Below the pieces are notes generated by a model, which did no database searches, was not told the DNA's origin, and was given only the letters and a program-made list of their open reading frames with translations. Positions 11,951 to 23,790 of a stretch of DNA of 64,000 nt are shown piece by piece (positions within the stretch are counted from its first letter, which is position 1; every line of letters begins with the position of its first letter). Where the stretch lies: contig JAUZTB010000107.1 of the NCBI GenBank assembly GCA_034780895.1, positions 94,734,025 to 94,798,024 of the forward strand, in the 5' to 3' direction. The DNA is from Rhynchobatus australiae (lineage: Eukaryota). A program made the position numbers and the translations under genes.

Positions 11951-14039
11951 TCTGGACAAGTGGCAGAAACAGCAATTTCCAAATCATTAACACTATCTAC
12001 ATTAAAAAAAATGATGAATTTCCTCAGGAATCCAAGTCAAATCATGGCTTTTGAAAGAGAACTGGATAGATCCTGGAATTGGCAGGGCCACAGGGAAAAA
12101 GCAGGAGACCAGGCTGGAATAAATTCCTCAAACATAAGCAGTATGGACTTGATAAGCCAATTGCCCTCCTCCTGTGCAGCAATGATACACAAGATTTTAA
12201 ACATTTTTATGTCACGGTTAGGATCTAATTTTCTGTAATGGTTAGCAAAGATTTACAACTGAAGGGCCCTGGGGACATCGAAACAAAGGAATCAAAAAAT
12301 TACCAACTAGGGATGCAGGCCTGATGTAGAAGACAGTTACTAGCAGTATTATATCACATAGAGGAATATGTCACGAGCCAATGTGCACTTAAAATCAGTG
12401 CGTTGAGCAGAACTGTCAGAAACATTTGTTATAAAAGGCAGGTGAAGAGGGCAATTAGCTCTGGGCCATTCTTAGCAAGCTCTCATTCTTAGCAGCTCTT
12501 AGGTACCAAGGTTGTATGAAAAACAAATTAAGCTGTGAGCAAAATCTATCATTGACAAACTGCTCCAAATAATTTTTGAAAATCCTTTCAGTCATTCTCT
12601 TGCTTTCTTCAGTACACTGAAGACTTAATAATAAAGAAAGGATTTGAAACATAATGAAGAGGACATGCTGGTTATGAAACTGGATGTGCTCTGAAAATGG
12701 GCCCAGGGAATTTGATGAACCAAACCAATTCAGTGCATCATAGCTCGAACATTAAATTGGTGCCGCATGCAGATTTCAGTATTTTTTTTAATCTTGCAGG
12801 GATCACCACCCCTTTTTCTCAATCACTGCTCATGTTATCGGGGGCTCAAAGCATGCTATTGCAAGTGGCTGGAGCCATTTAAAAGTAGCCTTCATCTCTT
12901 AAAGGGGCAATGTATTGTGGATACTGGAAGTGGTATTAAGAAGTAAATTTTGAAGATGATTTTGAGGAATTTTTACTCTCTCATTCTTTTATCATAATTC
13001 AATCTTGTCCTTTATTCATTCCAGCTACCAATAAAATGTAGACATCCATTCCAGATATGATAAAGGAACAAGACAGTTATGGGGAGACATAGTTGCTCAA
13101 TTGCAGTCACCCACTTAAAGTTCGGCACTACAAGTACTTTAGAGGCTAAGATATAGGAGGATCTTCTTGTGGTAAGAAGTGAACTTGACATTTCAAGTCA
13201 AGGATCCTTCAAGGGAACNNNNNNNNNNNNNNNNNNNNNNNNNNNNNNNNNNNNNNNNNNNNNNNNNNNNNNNNNNNNNNNNNNNNNNNNNNNNNNNNNN
13301 NNNNNNNNNNNNNNNNNNNNNNNNNNNNNNNNNNNNNNNNNNNNNNNNNNNNNNNNNNNNNNNNNNNNNNNNNNNNNNNNNNNNNNNNNNNNNNNNNNNN
13401 NNNNNNNNNNNNNNNNNNNNNNNNNNNNNNNNNNNNNNNNNNNNNNNNNNNNNNNNNNNNNNNNNNNNNNNNNNNNNNNNNNNNNNNNNNNNNNNNNNNN
13501 NNNNNNNNNNNNNNNNNNNNNNNNNNNNNNNNNNNNNNNNNNNNNNNNNNNNNNNNNNNNNNNNNNNNNNNNNNNNNNNNNNNNNNNNNNNNNNNNNNNN
13601 NNNNNNNNNNNNNNNNNNNNNNNNNNNNNNNNNNNNNNNNNNNNNNNNNNNNNNNNNNNNGAAACTTTTACTCTTTCTGCAGCTGCTGCTTGATCTGCTG
13701 AGTTTTTCCAGCATTTTCTGTTTTCATTTCAGATTTCCAGCACCCGATTTTTTTTCTCCATTTTCATCTAATAAGTATACACAATCAACCGAAACAATAG
13801 AAAACCTTCCAGAAATCCTATGCCAATTCTAAGTTGGCAAAGAACATTGGGCGAACATTTCTAACATGGAATGGGTGAGTATCTCAGTATACCTATGGAA
13901 CCTATAATGATGCAGCATCCAAGAGCCAACGTCATAGCTTCAATTTCAATGCACAAACTATAAAAGGTCTAACTTCTGCTGCTATTGTTCCACATATCAT
14001 ATTACTTTTAAAAGCAGTTTTCAGCCCATACTAGCAATG

Positions 14040-14270
14040 TAGATATTTTCTTTCTGAGAGATCACCATGCTTGTTGAGCTGCCACCCTGGGAGACAGCAA
14101 CTGTTCCATTCTGGCATTTGCCATTGGCTGGAAACTTAACTGAACCAAGGGCTGAATGTTGCATTTTCTACACTGAGTTACAATGAGATCTAATGCAAGC
14201 TTGAAGAACACCATCCCACCTTCTGTCTGAAGATTGCAGCCTCTGAAATCAATTTTGGTGTAATTTTTTT
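14040..14270 (+). mobile_element. Decayed Penelope-like element, C-terminal fragment
   Basis: tgcaagcttgaagaacaccatcccaccttctgtctg...ttgcagcctctg resembles the R.LEEQHLIFRLG.LQP C-terminus of Penelope GIY-YIG ORFs. Confidence 0.5.
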
Positions 14271-14436
14271 CCCATCTAATTTTATTTATTTTACCATTAT
14301 TAAAAAGTTCTCCTTTCCACCTTCCTCTACATCACAATCAATAAAATATTCAATATAATGTTTTAATTGGTGATAAAGATGCTTTTTAATGTCTCAATAT
14401 CAGGCTCACTGTAGAATATTATTTAATAATTTAATA

Positions 14437-14741
14437 GGCAGGCATGGTAGTGTAGTGGTTAGCATAACGCTATTACAGTGCCAGTGACCCAGGTTCAATT
14501 CCGGCCACTATCTGTAAGGAGTTTGTACATTCTCCCCGTATCTGCATGGGTTTCCTCCAGGTGCTCTGGTTCCCTCCCACATTCCAAAGACATTCAGGTT
14601 AGGAAGCTGTGGGCATGCTATGTTGGTGCCGGAAGTGTGGCAACACTTGTGGGCTGCCCCCAGAACACTACGCAAAAGTTGTATTTCACTGTGTGTTTCG
14701 ATATACATGTGACTAATAAAGATATCTTAAATCTTATCTTA
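14437..14741 (+). mobile_element. tRNA-derived V-SINE (HE1-like)
   Basis: A-box/B-box head (ggtagtgtagtgg...ggttcaattcc), V-domain ggagtttgtacattctccccgt...gggtttcctccaggtgctctggttccctcccaca, AATAAA tail. Confidence 0.88.
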
Positions 14742-15944
14742 TACAGCAGCTTGGAATGTTTTAAGTTAAAAAAATACTTACATGAATATAATTTGTTAAA
14801 ATCCTTTACATTGACTTTGTTTAATAAATGATCAGTTGAATATAGTAAACTACATTGGTTTCCTAAGGAAGTTCCCTGGATTACGATACTGAAGAATATG
14901 CTTCTGAGTTGTTTTTTTAATATTTCAAATATCTTCCACTGTTTCTCATTGTGACTCCCTTAGAAAGCTTTGTTTGTTGATGTTCGCGGACAACACAACT
15001 GGCCGTTTGTAGATGACACCAGGACTGCTGTATGCTTTCCTTTGACTCATATTTGTGCGCTTTGTTAATCCAGAAAACAAAGCTGTGGAAAGTAATGCGT
15101 GCTAAAAGCTGAATGGTATACATTATTTAATTTCTTCAGCTGAAAATTCTCCTAGCTCTCAAACCCTTAAAGATTTGGGCAGTATGGAGAGCCACAAGAT
15201 ATGGATAGAAATCATTGATGGTAATTTAAATATAGAAATTTGTATTGTGCAGATGCTTAAACATTTCCTTCTGACACTTATACAAGTTAAATTGTGTTAT
15301 GACCCTTTCATTCAGCTACTTTGTACCCAACTAAGAATGTTAAATGAATGAGTGCATACCCATCTTGAAATTCCAGGTGAGATGAGCAGGTGATCTTGGT
15401 TAAGGATGTCTTGAACATGCAAGTTGCATTTTTAATGACAGTTAACTATGTACAGAATGGGAGATAATGATGAAAAAAAAAGGGTACACAATGCTGTTTA
15501 CAAGGTGCCATTGGCATTTTGAACATTTTGAGCCGAATATGATAAACTGCATAATAGCCCTAACCCGATCCCCTCATCACCATCTTGCCGTCACTTTCCC
15601 CACCTTCTCTGCAACTTGAGGCTAGCTTGTTTTCTCACCCTAGAAATATAGAATATAGATCTCCTACATGAAGTGGTAATTAGCATTTGTGGAAAGAGAT
15701 GCAGGAGTTTCTCCCAGTAATTTTGTTTTAAAATTTCAGGATTTCAGCATCTTTTGATTTTCAGAACTGCCCCCAAAGGACAAATGATAAAGACCCAAGT
15801 TTTGGAATCAATGCCAAATGAACAAACTAGTGAAACATTATACTTTGCCTACTGACATGCTTCTACACTAGGTCTTTTAGTTATTTATTTGGTGGAGTTA
15901 TGGCCTGCCAATCCACCTTTGCAATTGGAGTAGCTTTCACAAGG

Positions 15945-16390
15945 ACACAAGTAAATAGGAGCTGGAGTGGGCCAACAAGCCCCTCAAACCTGCCCTGCCA
16001 TTCAATATGATCATGACTAAATTATGATGGCCTCAACTCCTCTTCTGTGTCAGTTCCATAATGCTCAATTCCTTGATCTTTTAAATAGTTATCTATCTTC
16101 ACCTTAAATATATCTAATGGTCTGGCCTCCACCACCCTCAGGGGCAGAGAATTGCAGAGACTCACTTCCCTCTGTGAGAAGAAATATCTATGCAGCTTAT
16201 TTTAAATGACAAACCTTGTAACTTGCAGCTATATCACTTTGTTTGTAGCTCCCCATTGGTGAGAACATCTCAACATCGACCATCAAACCCCCTTATTCTT
16301 ATTCTTCTGAATTCCAAGGAATACAGACACAACCTGTCCAGCCTCTCTTGATAGGACAACCCTCTCGTCCCATGAATTAGCCTGGTAAAT
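15945..16390 (-). mobile_element. CR1 LINE 3' fragment
   Basis: Same tail family as 5608-5870 (ccattcaatatgatcatg...ggcctcaactcctcttctgt). Confidence 0.8.
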
Positions 16391-16402
16391 CAGTGATACA
16401 AG

Positions 16403-16885
16403 TGTTACGAACCAGCAACAACAGAAACACACAGAGACATGTATAAGTGTTAAAAACTACTTTATTAATAACTACATATGATAATAAGAAAAATAAAAGT
16501 AAAAATGTTAGAATGTTAGAAGTAAAAATGTTAAACCCCGAACATTAACCCCANNNNNNNNNNNNNNNNNNNNNNNNNNNNNNNNNNNNNNNNNNNNNNN
16601 NNNNNNNNNNNNNNNNNNNNNNNNNNNNNNNNNNNNNNNNNNNNNNNNNNNNNTTACTCTCAACAATCCATACGTGGATTGCAGTGACAGTCACAGTTAT
16701 TGTTTCTCATCCATCGACAGAGAAAACAAGTAGGCTGGTGTCTCTCTCTCCTTCAGACTGACTCCCACTGGTTGTTTCGACAACAACGTCATGACGTTCT
16801 TTATCCTCTGTTGATGTAAGCACGTCTCACACACACACACACACACTCAAAAAGGGACACTCACTAATAATCCTAGTCTGTAACA
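16403..16885 (-). mobile_element. Solo LTR (Gypsy-like), copy 2
   Basis: Termini TGTTACG...TGTAACA, 4-bp TSD CAAG (16399-16402 and 16886-16889). Homologous to 8987-9430. Confidence 0.85.
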
Positions 16886-19800
16886 CAAGGCATTGTCTGG
16901 TCCAGTTCAAAACTGATAGGCTGCACATCTGTTTGAAAAATATTTCGAATTACTCTCAGTGAGACATGTCAAAGCTGGGTAGGCCCTCCACCACCCCAGT
17001 GAAGTAGGAGTTCCTGCATTCCAGTGCTGGTATCACACTTGCTTCAATGGCAATGTCAGGAGAAGCAGCCAAATGCTGTGGCAAGAAGCTGAACAATTTT
17101 CGAAGTAGATTAACAGGTCAAGCTATAAATTTTGCAAAGAGGACATCATGCCAAATGTTGCCTGGAGCGAAAATGGCCAACACCAATAACTGTGGAAGTG
17201 GAGTGGAATGGAGATCTGCGGGCACTATCCTTGTGGCTCATCTAACTGTACAGCATCCAGATTTGTACGAAGGAACTGAATGCAGGTTGAAACCAGTATC
17301 CTGCATAGAGAAGTAGGATAAAAGCGATTAACAAAAGTACAGAAGTGTTTAATCCCCACATTACATCAATCAATTTGTTGATGAGGTTGTTTTTCCCCCA
17401 TGACCTTTGCTGCTGCTTTGCCTGTGCCCTTTGAATGATTGAATGTGGTCCACAGTTACAACCAGATAAACCACACATGTACTGTATTTCAGCTTGCAAT
17501 AAGAAATATTCATTTGAAGATGGAAAATTGGACAGTGTTTAGGTAACCCTTGGAATGGAACAGCAAAACCAACAGTGACCTTTACCACACTGTCAGTTAG
17601 CCCATCCTTAGAGAAGGACCATACCCGAAGACCACACATGCATTGTTAAGATAATTTTCAAGATGCAGTTTTGGATACAGGTAGCATTTGGCCTTTTGAT
17701 TCTTACAGCAGAGGATCTAGTCTATGAGAACAGAGGGACTGGTGGAGCCTTTGAACCAGTCAGACTAGTGAATGCCTACTGAGATTCAGTCTAAACAACG
17801 TAGTCTCTGCTGGAATTATTATTCCAATGTTAAGAGTTGACAGAAAACAAAATACAAAGGAAAAATGTGATTAAGAGATCCAAAGCAGAGAAAAATATAA
17901 AGCAACTTGTCTTATTTCTTTTAAAACTATAATAATTAAAAGGTCATGAAATGAGACATCATGCCTTTAAAAGGTTAAATTTCAGTGCCAAAGATGTTAT
18001 ATGGCTGTGATTAAGGTGTAGAAAACTACACCCAAACATTTTCCAGTTGTATTTAGTGGGGATCTTTTATGCATGTACCAGCCATTTCTGGAAGAACACT
18101 TCACACAGCAGTTTCCAGATTTCCATCAGTAACAGCACAGTCCTGGATGAAGCAATCCTATTTACTTCATTATTGTAGTGCTACCAATAAACTCACTGTT
18201 ATTTTATTTTACAACAATAATTGAGCCATTTTTGTTTGATTATAAAGGGAAGTTCTGAATTTAATTAAGTTTAATGTAAGCAAAATCTTTTTGTAACAAT
18301 GTGGTGTTTGGGGTCAGTTGTCCTTGCAGTTGCCTAGAGACTGTGCAGGAATAGTTGCTGGAGTTCCTTTGCAGCGTGGCTTTCTCCGGAGAATCTGTGA
18401 CATGTTTGAGTGGGTCAAGCAACAGCATGCCTGAACATTTTAACCAGATTGAAGAATCCTTAACAAGGCTCTCATGTTTTAATTTACACATCTTAGTTTA
18501 GACATCTTATTTAAAGTCCAGTTGCATTCTATGAAGCATTATAGCAAGACTTCTAATAAAAAGATGGACTACAGAATTGATACAGCTGACCACCTCATGC
18601 GTGGATCACCAGACTAATCTTTCTATTGAGCAGTAAATTATTCAAAAACTGGTAGCTATGAACTATTATTTGAGATTGTATGACAAAGGGAACTTCAAAG
18701 GCTGGGACTCATCACGAAGTCCAGGCACTCTTGCCAAGAGCACAACACAGGGAATTGTGGAGGACTAGGGAAAAGTAACAGCAATTAAAATGAGCTGGCA
18801 AACTGGTACTAATGTCTGGGCAGAGATTCAACTGACAGAATGCACAAAGTGGACAAGCACAGACGATGAGGTGCCTCAACAGTCACAACAGCCTCGGAAC
18901 TGATCTAACGACTTCAAAATCATGGAGGAAAGGAAAATAAAGAAAGGGAAGGAAAGATAAGACATTTTAATTTTAAAAAATCTAAAGTAATGAGACTCCA
19001 GCTGTGTAAAATTAAAATTTCAAAGTCAAGCATAACTAATGCCATGGAGACATGAGAGACTGCAGGTACTGGAATCTGGAGCAAAAAAAAACAAGTTGCT
19101 GGTGGTTGGTCAGGCAGCATCTGTAGAGGGAAATGGGCAGTTAACATAACCAATGATTTCTTTCTCTGGTGCATTCTGTGGACAATTAATTTGCAAGTAT
19201 CACAAATCTCAGCCAAATGCATTGAAGTCGTTCCATGTGTTGAATATTTAGCAACATCAAGCCATTCTTCAATTTCCAACTTCAACTGCACTTGTGCAGA
19301 GGTTGTGGCAGGATCCACTCAATGATAATGGTAAGCAATGATAACCCCATCATTACTTCTGTCAGAAAATAATTACACCCCGATATTACAGGGCGGGCAG
19401 GCGGGAAGAAGAGAAGGGAGTTGTGCTCCTAGAAAACCGTCTGTATCATGATTTTCTGTAACGTGAAGCCTCATCATCTAAACATGCATCAAGACACGAG
19501 AGTTGGAAAAAGTGTTTATTGTTTTTTATTATTTTTTTAAAAACCTGAATTCTGCGAGAGTGAATTTTATTCCGTGTCTCAAATTTTTGGGTCGTGATTT
19601 GGAAATTCTGGATTGGTGAATTTCCATTACCCCAATGACTGTTATGCAAGGGTCACCTCTACCTAATATTTTATGAAGATAGTCCAAAGATGGAAATTAT
19701 TTTAATTTTTTTTTGGTCCTTCTAAATGACCAAATATATATCTGGACTTGCAAGCTGTACAGCTTTTATCCAACATTTGTCCTTTAAATTGGCATACACA

Positions 19801-20369
19801 CAGCACTGCCAGCACTACAAATGTGGTGTTTCTGACTGTGCTAGAGTCTTTAAAGATATGCAAATATATTAACCTTAAAGGACAAACACCAGAATGGCAT
19901 AATCATGGAGGTCCACTAATGAGGAATAAGTAATTAATAGGCTGGCAAGTTGCCTGGAAACCAAATGGCTCTGAAGCTTATTTTTACTTCTGCATAATAA
20001 GTCTCCTTTACAAAGAAGCCAGAAAGAAAGATGGAACCCTATAGTGAGATGTAACTGCTCTGCTAAGATGGAATGCAGGTCAGTTTCTTCCAATGCACAA
20101 ATTGTTGTGTGGAAGAAAGCAAAAAAAAAATTCCCAGAATGAAAAGCTATACAGCATCATTGCATCTCTGATACCAAGAATAAGTTTGAGTCAAATGAAA
20201 GATCTGCATGGCTCAGACAAGTGGCAGTCAAGGACTGATTGAGTGGAGGCCTAGAACTTCAAATTTCCAATCCCTCAGGCATATAGCTTGTGCCAATGGA
20301 AATCTTGTGGAAGTTCAGGGTGAAGCCTTTGCTTTCATTGGTATCAATTATTTCTAACATTCAAATGGA

Positions 20370-20640
20370 AAAATCTTTTACAAATAGTGCCTTTCACAAA
20401 ACCACAATGCCCCAAAATGCTTTATAGCAATTGAAATCTTTTTGACATGTACTTTTATAATGTAATAATTGTAGCCTCCAATCTTTTCGTGAAAGTTCTT
20501 ACAGACAGTGATATTATAATAAATAGATATGATTCAACAATGGTGTTTCAGGTATTGATGTTGGCTAAGACACCAGGCAGTAAGCTCCCATTTTTCAAAA
20601 TAGTGACATGGCATAATTTTCATCCACTGAGGGTCTAAGG
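20370..20640 (-). mobile_element. Old Deu-core SINE (SacSINE1-like) remnant
   Basis: ttggctaagacacc...ttcaaaatagtgacatggcata.ttttcatccactgag resembles the reverse complement of the Deu core. Confidence 0.5.
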
Positions 20641-21575
20641 AATCGTGTATTCAACTGCAATATACTAACGTTAATGTGGCACGTAAACCTGAATGTGCTG
20701 GGTTCCATTTTCAATGTTCCCTCAACTTTTTGATGTACATTTAACAAAGTGTCCTATATGTACAAGGCAGCTTGGTGACTCATAAATATACAGTAGGTAC
20801 ATGGGTCCATATTAAATATCCAGTATTTTATATGGACCCATGTAAACTTTTGGATATTTAAGTGTTACCATGCTACTCCCGAACTCCAAGTTGGCCCCTT
20901 ATAGCTGATCAGTAAAGTTCTGTTCCAATGAATATATGGATGGTTTTATTACTTTCAATTTTCCAGCCATTTCTTAGCATTCTGCTAAACAACCAACTCC
21001 ATTAAGTGTAGCAAATTTTAAACTAAAATTTCATTTTCAGAACAATTTATAAAAGACAATTTTCCTATACAAAAAGAATTTACATGCTATACTACATTAC
21101 AACGTGTCACAAAAGTGCAAGTGCATTGCTGCTATACTGCTAATCCTTCACTTCTCTTTAAGCTTTGGAAATGGTTAATACTGACAGCTGAAAACTACAT
21201 TTAGAGCAGAAATAATTATAAAAACTAATCAGTCAATAAAGCTTAAAATAATGGAGTGAATAAAAATCAAATTATAGAATGAATTAGATTAACTTGGGCA
21301 ACAAGATTAGGAAGGATCACCAGGACAAACAGCATGCCGTAACTGCACTCTGCTGAAGTTGCAAATGACCAGTAATGTAGAACACAGTAACAGGCCCTTC
21401 AGCCCACCATGACTGCACCAACCACGACTCCAACTAATCCCATCTAACTGCACGTGATCCATATCCTCTATTCCCTCTTCCCATCAGGCAGAAGATACAG
21501 GAACCTCAGGGCACATAACAGCAGGCTCAAGGACAGCTTCTAGCATACAGTAGCTTATGGTGGTACGGTAGCGTA

Positions 21576-21820
21576 GGGGCAGCACGGTAGCGTAGCAGTT
21601 AGCGCAACGCTACTACAGCGCCAGCGATTGGGGTTCAATTCCCGTCACTATCTGTAAGGAGTTTGTACGTTCTCCAGTGTCTGTGTGGGTTTCCTCTGGG
21701 TGCTCCAGTTTCCTCCCACATTCTAAAGACATACGGGTAGGTTAATTTGGGGTTTAAAATGGGCAGCGCGGACTTGTTGGGCCGGAAGGGCCTGGTACCA
21801 CGCTGTAAATAAAAAAAAAT
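21576..21820 (+). mobile_element. tRNA-derived V-SINE with CR1-type tail
   Basis: Same head and V-domain as 14437, but the tail is gggccggaagggcctggtaccacgctgtaaata(A)n. Confidence 0.85.
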
Positions 21821-22974
21821 AATCTCTGCATGTGCAATATGACTCCGGGTATGAAGCATCTTGGTAAAAGGATAACTATTGCACCTGCGACATTCTTTCC
21901 TGTTTTCAGCATTTTTAAAAGCTTTATAGGGCTCAATGCCAAATTTTATTTGATATATCTCCTGTCATGGGATATTAAAGGTACCATATAAATCGAAGCT
22001 GTTGTACATTTCAAATTTGTAAGAGACATGGAGCGATATATGAATTGTAATACAAGAATAATACGAAAAAAAAGAGATGGGAGAAAGCCTAATTTTGAAC
22101 AAGTTGTTCATTCGGAATTGGGAAAAAAAATTTAAGGTCATTATTAGTGGTTGATCCAATTAATTGGAGTCCTACTGTAGTTGCTGAATATTTAAATATT
22201 CCATACCCATGTTCACTGCAAGTTGAATTTGGAGTTATCATCAATAATCTGAATAATTCAGTAAGCTCAGCAAGGGGATTGCTGAGTGGTAATTATCCTC
22301 TCATGATTGCTATTAACCTTTCACAAAATAGTTGGAAGCTAAAGAAGAATCTGATGGGAACTGTTATTCTCATGGTAAATGATACATGTTAAAAAAAGCA
22401 TATTTTTCTTTTGAAGGAGATATGATTATAATTCTAATTAAAAATAATCATATAGATTGACATAATCATTTAGTTACAACATTCTCTCATTGTTTATGTT
22501 ATTTGAAAAGCTGAGGAGCCTATGCATATTAGCAGTGAGAAAGCTAATTAAACTTGAAATATTCTTTACCAACAGTAGAAGCAGCACTGGGGGCGCTTGA
22601 AGAGTGACAATGAAGCTAACTTAAAAGAATAAATCATTCACCAATCATTGATGCAAAATTTATTCTTGGCCCAATATTGTTGTCAAATTAGGAAATAACA
22701 AACTTTTCTTTCTTAAGAGACTTTGGCAAAGACATTATTGTACCAAGAGAAAGGAAATGACATTTTGTTTAACAAGTCAGAGGTCTGCAGCTAGAATAAT
22801 AAAATTGAGGATGAATTGTACACCTGGAAATATTGTGCCTGTGCTTTTATTCCAATTTGCCACTGATCACTGCATTTTCCATATATTAAAAAAGTGTAAA
22901 TTAAGAGAAGCAAAAAACAACCTAATCTATGCATTCTGTAGCCTTTCAAGATACCTGGCAAATTCAAATCCAAG

Positions 22975-23790
22975 CAAGTTCAAGTTCATTGTTATCATAG
23001 GCATACATACACAGGGTATAAATGCCATGAAAATTAACTTTTTGCAGCAGCAGCACAGTACATTCCAAGACGAGGACAAACATAAGTTAACATACATTTA
23101 AATTAACATAAATTACACACGTGCAAAATAAACAATAAAATAAACAACAACACTAGTGTAAGATTGAGAGAGAGTTTATTAGGTCAGTTCAAGAACCGGA
23201 TGGCAGTGGGGAAGCAGCTGTTGTTGAACCTTGAGATGTGGTCTTCAGGTTCCTGTACCTCCTGCCTGATGGCAGCATCGAGAAGAGAGCATGGCTCAGA
23301 TGGTGGTGGTCCCTGATAATGGATGCTGCCTTCCTGAGACATTACCTCTTGTAGATGTCCTTGATGGTGGGAGAGCTGTACTCATGATGGAACTGGCTGA
23401 GTCAACCACTCCCATAGCCTCTTGCATTCCCATGCCAACACCCAGGCCATGATGCAACCAGTCAGAATGCTTTCCACTGTACACCTGTAGAAGTTTGTTA
23501 GAGTCTTCGATGACATGCTGAATCTTCTCAAATTTCTAAGGAAGTAGGGACACTGGTGCACCTTCTTTATGGCTGCATTTATGTGCTGGGCCCATGATAG
23601 GTCCTCCGAGATGTTGACACCCAGGAACTCGAAGATGCTCACCCCTTCCGCAGCAGACTCTTCAATGAGAACTGATGTGTGTTTGCTTGACTCCCCTTTC
23701 CTAAAGTCCACAATCAGTTCCTTGGTTTTGCTGACATTGCGTGTAAGGTTGCTGTTACAACACTACTCAGCCAGCTGACCTCACTCCTAT
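22975..23790 (-). mobile_element. Rex1/Babar-like LINE, RT C-terminal part and 3' UTR
   Basis: FEFLGVNISEDLSWAQHINAAIKKVHQCPYFLRNLRRFSMSSKTLTNFYRCTVESILTGCI. Confidence 0.82.

Noticed and set aside
14437-14510. tRNA-like A/B boxes (also at 21576, 45879 and 58948)
   Set aside because: These are SINE heads continuing into the V-domain; no full cloverleaf.
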